This document shows, piece by piece, positions 1 to 13,004 of a DNA stretch of 64,000 bases (positions are counted from its first letter, which is position 1; each line of letters begins with the position of its first letter). The notes under the pieces were generated by a model. It ran no database searches and was not told the DNA's origin. It saw nothing but the letters and a program-made list of their open reading frames with translations. The DNA is from Octopus sinensis (Eukaryota): NCBI RefSeq assembly GCF_006345805.1, contig NC_042999.1, positions 18,042,001-18,106,000 on the forward strand. Direction: 5' to 3'. The translations under genes were made by a program, and so were the position numbers.

Positions 1-859
1 AATAAGCGATACGCAGAAAGATGAAGTCCACTAGATGGTATACGGTGTAGGCGTAGAGTGGATTTGTTGAAGAACAAATCAATTAATCACCGATGATTGT
101 GATGGTTAGACAGATTTACTGATCGATACATCAGGCAAGCAACGCGATGACTGTGTAAAAGGACAGATCAATAGATAAAAGTCTAAGTAGCTGCCTGAAA
201 GAAAGACAGGGTGCTTCATGCCAAAACACCACTAAATAGAAGGACTAATCGATGTATAATACAAATAGGCAGTGATGAGTTGAGGGAAAGAAGCAATTAA
301 CGCGTAATATTGATACTGGTTTTATTGACTCAACAAACGCCTAGATATGTGTATAAATTAATCTCCGTATGGTTTCCTCGTGTTTTCCCTCTGTGCTTGC
401 ATTCACACATTTTCTCCTCTGCGTGTTAAATCGTGTCATCAAAGGGATGAATTTGGGTTACTTAAGCATAGGTTTCTGATGCATTTACATGTAGTGGACC
501 ATTAAAACCAGGAGTAAATCGAGTTGCTGCTTCTATTATCATGTGCGTCCTATCTGCTTGCCATATCTACTCAAATAAATCATCACTAACAGGCAACGTG
601 TAACTTGTAAATATATAATACACGTTGCTGCTGCATGATAGATTACATCTGATACCATATGGAAGTGTTGTACAGAATTACATAATATAAGCAACTACCA
701 ATGTATGTCAATGGTTGAGTTTACATAATTTATTTCAGCTATCGCAAGCATATAGCTATACACATTAGGCAGCAGGTCATTGATAACCAATAGAGATTTG
801 ATTATTTTTACGCTCAAAAATGTTAGCATTTCTTTTAGAAATTACGCATCGAAATATTA

Positions 860-1650
860 TTTTCTACTCCAGGCACAAAGCCCGAATTTTGGGGTGCGTG
901 GGAGAGTTAGATTAGATTAACTTCACTACGCAACTGGTATTTAATTTATCGACCCCGAGAGGATGAAACGCATAGTCGACCTCCGTAGAATTTGAACTCA
1001 GAACGTAAAAAACAGACGAAATGCTAAGAACTTCGTCCGGCGTGCTAACGTTTCTTATTTCTTTATTGTCCATAAGGAACTACACACAGAGGGGACAAAC
1101 AACGACAGATAAAGGAGTGAAGTCGATTACATCGACCCTAGTGCGGATCTGGTACTTAATTTATCAACCCCGAAAGAATGAAAGGCAAAGTCGACCTCGG
1201 CGGAATTTGATCTTAGAACATAGTGGCAGACGAGATAACTATTTCTTTACTACCCACAAGGGGCTAAACACAGAGGGGACAGACAGACAAATGGATCATG
1301 TTGATTATATCGACCCCAGTGCGTAACTGGTACATATTAAATCGACCCCGAAAGGATGAAAGGCAAAATCGACCTCGGCGGAATTTGAACTCAGAACGTA
1401 GCGGCAGACGAAATACCTATTTTTTTACTACCCATAAGGGGCTAAACACAGTGGGGACAAAAAAGGACAGACAAACGGATTAAGTCGATTACATCGACAC
1501 CAGTGCGTAACTGGTGCTTAATTTATCGACCCCGGAAGAATGAAAGGCAAAGTCGACCTCGGTGGAATTTGAACTTAGAACGTAAAAGCAGACGAAATAC
1601 TGCTAACCATTTTGCCAGGCGTGCTAACATTTCTGCCAGCTCGGCGCTTT
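860..1650 (-). mobile_element. Tandem cluster of four tRNA-derived SINE family A units
   Basis: Repeated ~180-190 bp blocks containing ATCGACCCCGAAAGGATGAAAGGCAAAGTCGACCTCGGCGGAATTTGAACTCAGAACG. The reverse complement gives the B-box GAGTTCAAATTCC. A complete A-box head is present only in the rightmost unit (~1600-1648). Confidence 0.85.
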
Positions 1651-2447
1651 TACGCTTCCAAATATTAAAAAAAAGGCGTATTGCATAGAATATATGACTT
1701 TGTTGAACTGATAGATGAACTTGAAGAACTGATAGATGTTCAGTAATATTTTCAGACTTATATTAAAATCTATACTCATATATAAGGATACTATATTCTA
1801 TAATACTAGGCCAAGATATATAATAATGATATTAGCATAAATATGTTAATTTTAAACGAGGGTCATTTGTAAGTAGACATAAAGTAATTGTTATGCAATT
1901 ATTAAGACAATAGTGTCTGAATTAAAAGAAAAGAACTTTTGTATTAGATTAAAATAAGATCAATCAATATATTTTCTAAAATTACTTTCACGCCCATATA
2001 AATTCACAATTTCTATAGTATTGAAAAATATTTCGGACAAATTAATAGGATTGAAGGCAACGCATCAATTATTCTATTACATACTGCTTTCTTGTTGGCT
2101 TATATAATGCCATTCCAGCCAAATGAGTTTGGTACGATAATGTGTGTGTATTTGTGCGTATGAGTATTTGTGTGTATTTGTGTGTGCGTGTATGTGTGCG
2201 TTTCTGAGTGTGCGTTAATGATTGTTTTTTTGTGTAAAGTTATATGTAGAATCAATTTAATATTATGACAAAGGATCATGCAATAGTTTGTAATAAAGGA
2301 TATATATTTGCCTTTCATCCTGTTGGGGTTGATAAAAGAAGTACTACTTAGGCACCAGGATAGACGTAATCATTTTAATTCCTTTATCTCTCCTTGTTTG
2401 TCCCGTCTATGTTTAGCCCCTTGTCAGCAATAAAGAAATAAATATTA

Positions 2448-2825
2448 AAGGTGACGAGCTGGCAGAAATGCTTAGCAGTAATTCGTCTGCCGCTACGTTC
2501 TGAGTTCAAATTCCGTCGGGGTAGACTTTGCCTTTCATCTTTTCGGAGTCAATTAAATAAGTACCAGTTACGCACTGGGGTCGGTGTAATCAACTGAATC
2601 TATTTGTCTGCCCTTGCCTGTCCCCTCTCTGTTTAGCCCCTTGTGTGAAGTAAAGAAATAGGTATTTCGTCTGCCTCTACGTTCTGAGTTCAAATTCCGC
2701 CGAGGTCGACTTTGCCATCCATCCTCTTGGGGTCGATAAATTAAGTACCGTTTGTGTACTGGGCTCGATCTAATCGACTGCCCCCGCCCCCAAAATGTCG
2801 GGCCTTGGGTCTACAGTAGAAAAGA
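2448..2825 (+). mobile_element. SINE family A dimer (head plus second headless unit)
   Basis: Head GGTGACGAGCTGGCAGAAA, B-box GAGTTCAAATTCC twice, junction AAAGAAATA|GGTATTTCGTCTG at ~2660; the second unit ends in the alternative tail ending AGTAGAAAAG. Confidence 0.85.
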
Positions 2826-4417
2826 ATATAATACTGTGAATGCTACTTTTTAAAATATATACTTTGTTTTTCATTGTCTAATTTTTATTTGATGTCTCAT
2901 TTCAAATGCCACTTAACTTTTATCTTTCACTTGACCATAACTATATGTTTAAGGAAGGGCAAACGTGAAATTGTAATTAGCAATTTCAAATTTATTTTCT
3001 AATTTAATTTGTCAAACATCGTTTTTAATGCCTGCATGACTATATGCTGTATGTCCAGGCGCTTGTAATCTGGCTCCTGATAAAAATATCACGAAACTAT
3101 TTCTCTCAAAATTATATTAGTTTCAATATGTAATTTTCTGCGTCCAATTTACCTTAGTACACTTAGATGTAAATAATGTAATGGAAATGACTTCCTGTTG
3201 TACAATTGAGTCATCAAATTAATTAGATATCACGCTAATGGAGAATTTTGACATGTATTTCTAATAGTACGCCTGTATTTAGTTCATAGGGTGTTTTCAC
3301 TAACTTTCAATGTCCATCATTTTATCACGTTCAAGTTAACGCTTCGTATATTTAACTGTTTTTGATTGATTTAAGAACGATCCTTTCATGCCACCAGTAA
3401 CATATGCATATTTTGTTCTTAAACATCTAACCATGAAATGCCGCTCACGCAAATTAATACCTTCCTGATTCTAGAGATGTCAGCTTACTTGAGGTCGCTG
3501 TATAACTGATTGTAGCAGCCACAATCAGGGACAAGCAGTACCCTAAAACGCGTTCAAATCGACAAGCCTTTACAGATTATACAGGCTCACCACGCCCACA
3601 AACATATACATAAATGGATATGTTGCCTCTTCGCATAATCAGTGTGCGAAGCATTTACATTATAAATTCAATAAATATGGAACGATGCTAACTTTATAGA
3701 TTGATAAAATATGCATCAATATTAATTAATTACCGGGGTCAATGTCATTAGCGTATACACACAGGTTAGGTCACAGCATATTTGTATTAGAATTAATGTA
3801 TGAAGCAGAAATTAATGAAACTATGAGATGCTGTGTACAAGTTTGTCCTTCGCAAAATCTTAGTCAGAAGTTTAAGATTATGTCCCCTGACCCTAAAACA
3901 AGTCTCTAGTTTCCCATCGTATTTTCTATTATACGATTCACTGTCATTAATAATGGCATCGCTAAAGTGAATAACGATTTACTAACCGAGATCAATAGTA
4001 TCGGGCCCATATATGAACGTGCATCTCATTCTCGAATAACTAGTTTCCTACTATAGGTAGAAAGCACTTAAGTCTTTCGAGGTTGATAGCTAGTAAATTT
4101 CAGCAAAGTGCTCGCCTGGTAGGTATTTTAGCAAAATGAAAGAAAAACAGCCAAAGTCAATCCTGCCTTAATTTGAACGCAGAATGTAAAGAGTTGTCAA
4201 ATTCTATATCCAGTGATCTAATGATTTTAACAAATCGCGACCTTCCTGCTCCCGAATAATGAAAAAGAAATTCAGTATTCACAGCCAAAATATTCTTAAA
4301 CGACGCCTATTTAAATAACCACAGATTATAAAGACAAATATATGAAATGTCCTCCTTACTGAAGGCAGACGAGAGAAGGATCATACAAATTCTTTCTGAA
4401 AGGTGAGTTATAGTACC

Positions 4418-4419
<2 letters not shown>

Positions 4420-4448
<29 letters not shown>

Positions 4449-4872
4449 TTCTTCTTCTTCTTCTTCTTCTTCTTCTCTTCTTCTATTCTTCTTTTCTTCT
4501 TCTTCTTCTTCTTCTTCTTCTATTCTTCTTCTCTCCTTCTTCTTTCTATTCTTCTTCTTTTCTTCTTCTCTCCTTATTCTTCTTCTTCGTCTATTCTTCT
4601 TCTTTCTTCTTCTTCTTCTCTCCTTATTCGTCTTCTTCTTCTTCTTCTCTCCTTTTTCTTCTTCTTCTTCTTCTTCTTCTCTTCTTCTTCTATTCTTCTT
4701 CTATTCTCCTTCTTCTTCTTCTTCTTCTATTCTTCTTCTTCTTCTTCTTCTTCTTCTTCTTCTTCTTCTTCTTCTTCTATTCTCCTATTCTTCTTCTTCT
4801 TCTTCTTCTTCTTCTTCTCTTCTCTCCTCTTCTTCTTCTTCTTCTTCTTCTTCTTATTATTATTATTATTAA
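4420..4872. repeat. Long imperfect (CTT)n microsatellite followed by (ATT)n
   Basis: Read directly; about 435 bp nearly pure pyrimidine on the + strand. Confidence 0.97.
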
Positions 4873-4873
4873 T

Positions 4874-5165
4874 CAATGGGCATGGTTCAGTGGTAAGATC
4901 GTCTATCTTACAATCATAAGGTTGTGAGTTCGTTTCCAGATCGAGTTGCGTGCTGTGTACTTGAGCAAGACACTTCATTTTTCTTTTCTCTAGGTCATTC
5001 AGCTGTAGAAATGAGTTGCGACTTCATGGTGCCAAACAGTTTTCCCCCCTTTTACATTTGTGTAACATCGGTGCTGTATAGAGGGAAGTCTAGTATGCAT
5101 ATGGGGCTGCTGGTATTCCGTACACAACAGGGGCCGTACTTGTGGATTGGCGGGTAGCTCCCAGA
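4874..5165 (+). mobile_element. Diverged tRNA-derived SINE (group C, V-domain-like centre)
   Basis: A-box-like TGGTTCAGTGG, B-box-like GAGTTCGTTTCC, central TGTGTACTTGAGCAAGACACTT; tail matches the reverse complement of 52492-52680. Confidence 0.7.
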
Positions 5166-5224
5166 TGGAATCCTATAGTCACTCATGATCAAGAGGTATC
5201 GATTTAATTTATTATTAGTTGTAA

Positions 5225-6300
5225 TTTTTCTTATTTCAACTTTGTTTCTTTTACTGAATTTGTTACCAATACTTAGGGCATAGAAAATCGCTATATACAT
5301 TCATAATTCATTAAAATATCTATATCAAATCAATATCTATAATTTATTAATAAATTGAAAAGGTTTCATTATAACATATTTACATGGAAGGATATCTTTC
5401 TCACCTCGGGAATGCTCTACTGGATATGTTTGTTTTACCAGTAAATTAATCCTTTTCACTTCTTGCCGGGATCATTCTTCAATCGTTTTCAATTCCTGTT
5501 TTTTTTTTTTTAATTTGTAATCATTCCTATTGCCTCTACAAACACTTGTATTTTGCGACGCCAGATTTCCGAGATTTCAAACAGTAAACCCGTAGAATTT
5601 CTGTGCTCGTTTAAGTTCCTTTGCTGCGGTATTATGATCACAAGGGATGATCATTTTAATCAATAAACAAATTTAATTAATTTTGTATTTTATAACAATA
5701 TCTGGTGCGTTAGATTTGATAGCTTTCTCTATATTAGGAAGAGTCCTAAGAAAACATTACATTTTCTTCCACCCACATTTACGGCCTCAGGGTGGTGCTT
5801 ATACCACTCGTAAGGGATTTTGATTTTATGGTGCTCACATATTAACCAGTTTAAATATTGATCATGTCTCTCATGCCTTGGATTATATTCCCCTTTTCGT
5901 ACAAAGATAAGTAACCCACTCTTTCATCATTTCATCATTGTAGAATCAACACTTTGAATCTACTTCTATTTACATTACATTGGTTTGGTAGTTCCTGTTT
6001 AATTTGCTCTGATCATTAGTAGCTGAACGGAAGTATTCAATCTCTTCTTTTAACCCTGAGCTTCGTAGTCACGGATGGGTGTTGTTCTTGTCCACCTCAG
6101 ATTTTTTCATACGGGCTACATTTTTATCATGCAGAAACCTATGCTCCCATCTACTAGCCAACTATTCATGCGCATTTTTTTTATTGTGATTAATATTAAT
6201 TTATTTGCAATAACATTTGACACATTTGCCTCGGGAGGTAGAACAGAATTGTCGTTCCTGAAATTAGTTTCACATTTCTTACTCTTCTTCAAGAGGGAAA
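5225..6300 (-). mobile_element. Heavily decayed R4/Dong-clade non-LTR retrotransposon, 3' part
   Basis: Minus-strand translation LHDKNVARMKKSEVDKNNTHP*LRSSGLKEEIEYFRSATNDQSKLNRNYQ resembles the R4 post-RT motif LHG..WLRSSGLKAETEG..AQDQ..TRNY. 5225-5290 resembles the 3' end of the R4 copy at 23392. Confidence 0.7.
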
Positions 6301-7029
6301 TATCACTGTTGAAGGTAATAGTTTTGGAACATTAATATTCCATTTAAATAAGATAATTGGAGATTCGTATTCCACAATGTTACATTATGCTTCAGAAAGT
6401 TTGAAATTACAGGAGAAATGTTAATGTTGTACAGCAATTAAAAGATCTATGAATGCAGTAGCTTCCCTATCATATGTATATATTTTCATACCTCTGTTGA
6501 TGTATATATTATATATATATATATATACACACAAAAATATATACATATATATGCATATATATATACATATATATATGTATATATATATATACATATACTT
6601 ACATATATTTATACACACACACACACACAAACACATATATATATGTATGTATGTGTGTGTGTGTGTGTATGTGTGTGTGTGTGTATTTCACGTTGCTCCA
6701 TTTCAATCAGCAATAGAAACGCGTGTCGAGGTCGCTATTTCAAGCTGTGTCAGCCTTTGCCTTTCCTTTGTGTAACATTGTTAACCTGGAGAGACGAGGC
6801 CGGTAGTGTCATTTTCCTCTTGAAGAAAACAAAGAAATGTGGAACTGATTTCATGAACGATACTTCTGTCGAATCGCCTCAGGGGAATGTGTCAACTGTT
6901 ATTGCAAATAAAGTAAAATTAATGACAAAATTTAAAAAAGCGTATGAACAATTGGCTTGTAGGTGAGAGCATAAATCTCTGCAAGATGAACATGTATTCC
7001 TTAACAAAAAAGCTGACGTAAAGTTCTAC

Positions 7030-7345
7030 TTCGGTCATGAATGATCATAAGATTGCACCTAGGTTGTTAACCGTCGAATTACAAGCCCGGCCAAGATTGT
7101 TCATGAAAATAAAAGCACTCACTCATGCATACCAACCTCGTCTCTCCACGTTACAAATATTATCCAAAAGAAAGGCAAATTCGGATGCAGTTTGAGCAAG
7201 CGACCTTGACACTCATTTCTATGGCTGATTGAGCTGGCGAAATGTAAAATATAATATCTTGCAGAAGAACACTACACACAACCTGGTCCGGGAATCGAAC
7301 TCGCTACCTCACGAAGTTTAGCCTGATGCCATAGACTGAGAGCCA
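7030..7345 (-). mobile_element. Diverged SINE, group C
   Basis: Colinear similarity to 52492-52815 (CTCATTTCTA..GCTGA, CCGGGAATCGAACTC, GAGCCATG). Confidence 0.6.
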
Positions 7346-7968
7346 TGTACCGGGGTTCTCAAGTATATGATGCTTCCATTATTTTCCATACATAGTCCTT
7401 AATGACTGGCATGTAAAATACTTATTGAAAATATAATAGAATTTTGTGCTGTTATTTTTTTGCTTTAGTCGAAACGTTGCATGATAGAACACATTAAAAT
7501 TGTATAACTGCGGCTGTTAATGACAACATTTATATTAAACGCGAAAGACATTGCGGCATTACGTGCATGAACGATATAGAGATGTCAGAGAATATAAATA
7601 AGCATTAGTTACATATCATAATCTGCTTCCGTTTTGTATGCCATGATGTAATTTCGTAATTAAGAACCACTGATCTTTGTAACCTGATTCATATTATGCA
7701 ATTTTGTGAGGGAGAAGAAGTTTGTTCGATCCTCTCGTTACTGATGGAAAACGCAATGTAAATTGCGTCCATATCTCCGTACATATTTTATGTTTACTAT
7801 GACGTTTTAAATATTTCTCGGCTAAATTTGATTATTTATATTCTACCATATATAAACTTATAAATATTTGCAAAAATGTAAATTGATGGTGGAGGTATTG
7901 GCTTCATGATGTTGATTATGAAACCAAGCTATATTTCACATATCAAAATTAACAGTTCATATATATAT

Positions 7969-7999
<31 letters not shown>

Positions 8000-8000
8000 T

Positions 8001-8294
8001 ACGGAGATTGTACTTGCATAGCAAGTGACCTAATCTGAGATCGTGTGCTGGAACGAAAACAATCGCAGCGTGGAAGGTGTTTATAAGCCATTTAAGAAAC
8101 AAACAAAACCCTTTAAATTTAATTTGTCAGAATATTTCCGTCATTTTGAGACCCCGACCTGTTCACTTAATTTCCATGCAGTACGGTATTTTGTCAGTGA
8201 CCAGGTCGCAAATATTTAACCAACTAAGACCTCTTTATAAATCTTCTTAAAAGAATTCAGTGCCTTACATTTTTTATCTCATTCCGTTAATCCA
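8001..8294. mobile_element. (TA)n-flanked insert with inverted, decayed G3-C8 hammerhead-like arms (Penelope-like terminal repeat)
   Basis: CGACCTGTTCACT (8155-8167) is the near reverse complement of AGTGACCAGGTCG (8196-8208). The arms carry GTGA(A/C)CA cores and TTTGTCA/TGACAAA stem I strands. Confidence 0.5.
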
Positions 8295-9059
8295 TATATA
8301 TATATATATATATATAATATATATATATATATATGTATGTGTGTGTATTTGTTTAAACATTAGACCTGTGTGACCTATTTGTTATCATTAGAAGAAACTC
8401 CCTCTCAGTTATATCCTTTTCTACTTGATGCAGACGATTTAAATTCATTGAAAGATCTAATAAACATTCACCCTAAACTCCTCATTTTCAATTAGTTCAG
8501 TTCAAAAATTCTAATTTCTTCATTTTTGTTGTCTTAAATACACGCGAATGAGACACTGAAATCCTAACTGTATATAAAGTGCTTACATATATATATATAC
8601 AATAATTTGAGCGATGTATTCTTAACTTGCAAATCAACACTTTAGCTACATTTGTTCATTCTCAAGGATATTCACATCGTCATTTCCTGATTCCATCTCC
8701 ACTTGAATTGATTACGTAAGAAAACATTTCAGACTATCAAATTCTCATTTCGACAAGATGGCCAATTGTTGATTTCTTATTCATGTTACACGTTTGCTGA
8801 TTATAGTATCTCTTGCTTGGTAGCATCATCGACACCATTTCGTAGACTAAATTATTGTTTAAGCAGGAAAGAAATTGCTATTAAGAGTAAGATTCCATAC
8901 TCTCAGGAATAGTTAATTAAAATGTTATTATATTGTCATTATATAAATGCTACTTTTGAATCTTCATTGAATAAATGAAGTTTAGGTGAAAAGAATTACA
9001 TAAGATCATATTTCCTTATATCCCACCTGAACATCTACATTTATACATATCATATAATA

Positions 9060-9860
9060 TTGTATTGAGTCAAAAGTTCTGCAATATGTTGATAACTTGT
9101 TTGCTTTTTATCGTACAGTTATGCAATATGTTGATAACGTATTTGCATTTTTATCGTCATTTTAGCACAAGATCAGCCTGTCATGAAAATTAGAGGCCAT
9201 TGTGTTGAACCATTTGAATCCCGTTTTTCTGCCAGTTGTTTGATCCCAGGCTGATATCAGTTCTCGTTCTTTCACTGAAGGTTCTACCTCCTCTTGGTTG
9301 AAGAATCGTCGTATGCGCGCGGAGTCAGCTATGGATCCGAATGAATATTATTCCGAGTGAGCTAGGTTCGGACTACATGCTGTGTGTCGAATCACTTTGA
9401 AGACCCTGCAATTTATTCTGGGTCACTTGGGTGATATGAGGTCTTATGTTGCTTTGCTACAGAAACAATGTTAAGCAACGCAATTATTTTTTGCCGCACA
9501 GTGATACATATCCATCAGATGCCGAGTTCGTCTGATACTTTTCAAGAGCTTGGCGCCGGATTTTGATTATAGCTTGCGTGCGGCAACGAAATCCACAATA
9601 TTAGACCTATACGATCTTCCCTGATCGTCAAGGTTCTTGCCATCTGAGCGAAAATTCTTGAGCCATTTGGTTACTTTACTGCTAGAAATCTCGTCTTCTC
9701 ATTTCGTACAACAAATGCTTCTGGATTCATCGGCAGTATTATGGCCCAGTACGAACACCTAACTGATAAGTTCCCGAATTAGAGTACGCTGCATTTTAAT
9801 CAGTGCGGCATACACATCACAAACGGTGTGAAGCAATGCACAACCACTAAGCGCACGAAG
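9060..9860 (-). mobile_element. Internally deleted, decayed mariner transposon
   Basis: Minus-strand remnants IRELIS*VFVLGHNTADESRSICCTK..VTKWLKNFRSDGKNLDDQGRS (mariner N-terminal HTH), QSNIRPH (HDNARPH-like) and HTACSPNLAHSE (HPAYSPDLAPSD-like). Confidence 0.75.
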
Positions 9861-9869
9861 TGTCACGAT

Positions 9870-9977
9870 TGTGGCTTAGTTGTTAGGGTGTCAGCACTAT
9901 GATCGTAAGATTGTGGTTTCGATTCCTGGACCGGGCGACAGGATGTGTTCATGAGCAAAACACTTCATTTCACGTTT
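9870..9977 (+). mobile_element. SINE group C head, interrupted by a family A array
   Basis: GTGGCTTAGTTGTTAGGG...GGTTTCGATTCC...TGTGTTCATGAGCAAAACACTTCATTTCACGTT; reverse complement of 40660-40775. Confidence 0.7.
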
Positions 9978-9982
9978 AAAAA

Positions 9983-10545
9983 AGGCGGTGAGCTGGCAGA
10001 ATCGTTAGCACGCCGGGTGAAATGCGTAGCGGTATTTCGTCTGCCGTTACGTTCTGAGTTCAAATTCCGCCGAGGTCGACTTTACCTTTAATCCTTTCGG
10101 CGTCGGTTAAATAAGTATCAGTTACGCACTGGGGTCGATATAATCGACTTGGTCCGTTTGTCTGTCCTTGTTTGTCCCCTCTGTGTTTAGCCCCTTGTGG
10201 GTAATAAAGAAATAGGTATTTCGCCTGTCTTACGTTCTGAGTTCAAATCCCGCCGAGGTCGACTGTGCCTTTCATCCTTTCGAGGTCGATTAAATAAGTA
10301 CAGGTTACGCACTGCGGTCGATATAATCGAATTGATATGTTTGTCCCCTCTGTGTTTAGCCCATTGTGGGTAATAAAGAAATAGGTATTTCGTCCTCCAT
10401 TACGTTCTGAGTTCAAATTCCGCCGAGGTCGACTTTGCCTTTCATCCTTTCAGGATCGATTACATAAGTACCATTTACACAGTGGAGTCGATATAATCGA
10501 TTTGATCCGTTTGTCTGTCCTTGTTTATCCCCTCTGTGTTTAGTA
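9983..10545 (+). mobile_element. SINE family A trimer
   Basis: One head (GGCGGTGAGCTGGCAGAATCGTTAGC) followed by three body units joined at AAAGAAATA|GGTATTTCG (~10213, ~10383). Confidence 0.9.
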
Positions 10546-12191
10546 AAGATATAGATTCCACCAACCTCAACATATACCTCCGGCAGATTCACCAGTATCG
10601 ACCAGGTGATATACACTGAAAACTAGCATGTATTTGAAATAATGCAAAGCTTTTGACTCTCCTCTATATTTGTGGGTGCACCAATTATAAAACTACATTT
10701 TACAATTCTTTATTTCAGAATGTAATTTGTTCTAAATGTATATCTTGTGCATTCCCTGCCCAAATCTCTTTACTTATTCATTACTTTGGCCATCTGACCA
10801 CACAAATGTTTGTTACATTAACGACAGCGTCATTTATACATCAGTATTAATATATTCATTCAACGATAACTCGTTATTTCTTTGTGTTCTGTACATGTAT
10901 CTCGCTATTGTTTCATACTAATTTTACTGCGTTATTTGTTGCGATGATAAAACGCGCGCGCGCACACAGAACCCCTAGCCACCCTCACTACCACACACCC
11001 ACCAAGGCACGGAGAACAGTGTGGTTGAGACAACATAATATATCACATCATTATAAATGAAGTTGTACTTATATTGCCCTGATGGAATAGTAAAAGATCT
11101 CTCAAATGAAACTGTTCCTATTAATTCTGAAACTTGCACATCGGATAATATATGCATACAGCTCTTAAACAGAGTCGCTAGTTGTCACGGATGGAACAGT
11201 TTTAATTATAAGTTTCCTCTGCTCAAATTGACGTCTTTCTAACTTTCCAAATCTTTCAGATATGGTATGTCTTTCTCTTAAAGTTCAAGTACTAAAATGT
11301 TATTATAATTTCTTACACTCTTGTTTCCCTTTGTTTTTATTAATGTTTTTCTGTCCTTTTGCTTTCGCTTTCCTATCCTGTCACTTATCTCTTACTATTA
11401 TTAAAGAGACACAAAGTTGAAACATTCAAAGATTAACTCTTGTCTTTCATTTATTTCTACTTTTTTGTTCATCGTTTCACGTACATTTTGATATCATTGT
11501 ACTTTTTTGGTGAGTGAAAGGAAGATATTTTGGAAGATTTTACAAATATTGATTACTGTCGTATACACTGGCTTTTTCTAGAAGTGATCTTTACTGGCTT
11601 CTTAACTAATAAGGTGGAGCCAATTCTCAAGCCTTTTATAAGATAGTGAATGATACAACCAAGTGAAGAGCTCTTAATATCATTGGAACGAACCAAGAGA
11701 TGATGAGATAATAAATATAACTTGAATTGCTCCTTTAGATAACTTAAATGTTTCTCTGTGAAAAGAACTGGGGAAAAGGGAATGCAGTTATTTAGTCAAT
11801 CCCCATGTTAATACAAGACATATAAATTTATCGTCTCATTTACTATAAACGTTCTGTTTACTGCTGCTATTTTATATGCACACATGTCACATGTTTGCAA
11901 TGCTTTGCCTAATTTTCAGATAATCCATTGTTCGTTGATTTCTGTTCAACCGACATTCGATGAAACATATTGAATTTTTTTTTTCAAATAGGAGAATTCA
12001 TACATCCTTAATTATTAGTTCTGGGGCATTATACGAATTATTTTCTTGATCTTCAGTTATAATTAGTTTAGTCGGTTGTTATATGATTAGTATTTAGGTC
12101 TCATTTATGCTAATCGATATCTGTTTGTACTAGCTGATAAAGAAGCAATACATTTCTCTTCACTATGCCCAACGAAAGTGTACATGTATAC

Positions 12192-12424
12192 CTATTTCTT
12201 TACTACCCACAAGAGGCTAAACACAGAGGGGACAAACAAGGACAGACATAGGTATTAAGTCGATTACATCGATCCAAGTGCGTAACTGGTGCCAAATTTA
12301 TCGACCCCGAAAGGATGAAAGGCAAAGTCGACTTCGGCAGAATTTGAACTCAGAACGTAACGACAGATGAAATACGGCTACGCATTTCGCCCGGCATGCA
12401 AACGTTTCTGCCAGCTTGCCGCCT
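12192..12424 (-). mobile_element. Full-length SINE family A
   Basis: Complete head and tail; flanked by near-identical TACATGTATACC / TACGTGTATACC, a probable TSD. Confidence 0.9.
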
Positions 12425-13004
12425 TATATACGTGTATACCATTAGGAGGTAATGAGAATACCGAAAACTTACATTCTTTAATGAACGCTTCTGACTTTAT
12501 ATTCAGACGTTAACAAAGCAGAACTATTTCCCATATCTCTTCCCCAGTCGCTAAAGCTACCTTCACAACATTGATTACAATTCACGAAATGTTCGACTGC
12601 AACTTCGAACAACTCACAAATAATTAATAGTAAAAGTTTACTTTTGACGATAGTGATTAAATTTAAGCTGTTAGAGATAATAGCAAAAGAATAGAATTAG
12701 GTTATTGCAAGCAGACAAGATTCGCTTTAAAGAGAAGGGATTTTTACAAGTGTTTCCTTTATCACGTGTTTATTACCACAGTGAGATACATTTTAAAATG
12801 TGGCAAGGTGTAAAATTAAGAGTAGACTGCTTCGCGGTAATGCCATGTTATTTGATTTGCATTACTTTCATTTTCATTTGTGGATAAGGACGAAAGAGGG
12901 TTTTAGTATGTAATGTATGCGTCAGTAGGTCTTCTTACTTTCAATCAATATCGTTTTCCGAATAACATGCAGCTATTCTGTTATTAATTATATACTTATA
13001 TAAT

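Noticed and set aside
1021-1688. Repeated ORFs with RQSRPRRNL
   Set aside because: Antisense reading of SINE family A units.
4403-4978. ORFs of 174 aa and 83 aa (poly-L/F/S, poly-K/E)
   Set aside because: Translations of the (CTT)n microsatellite.
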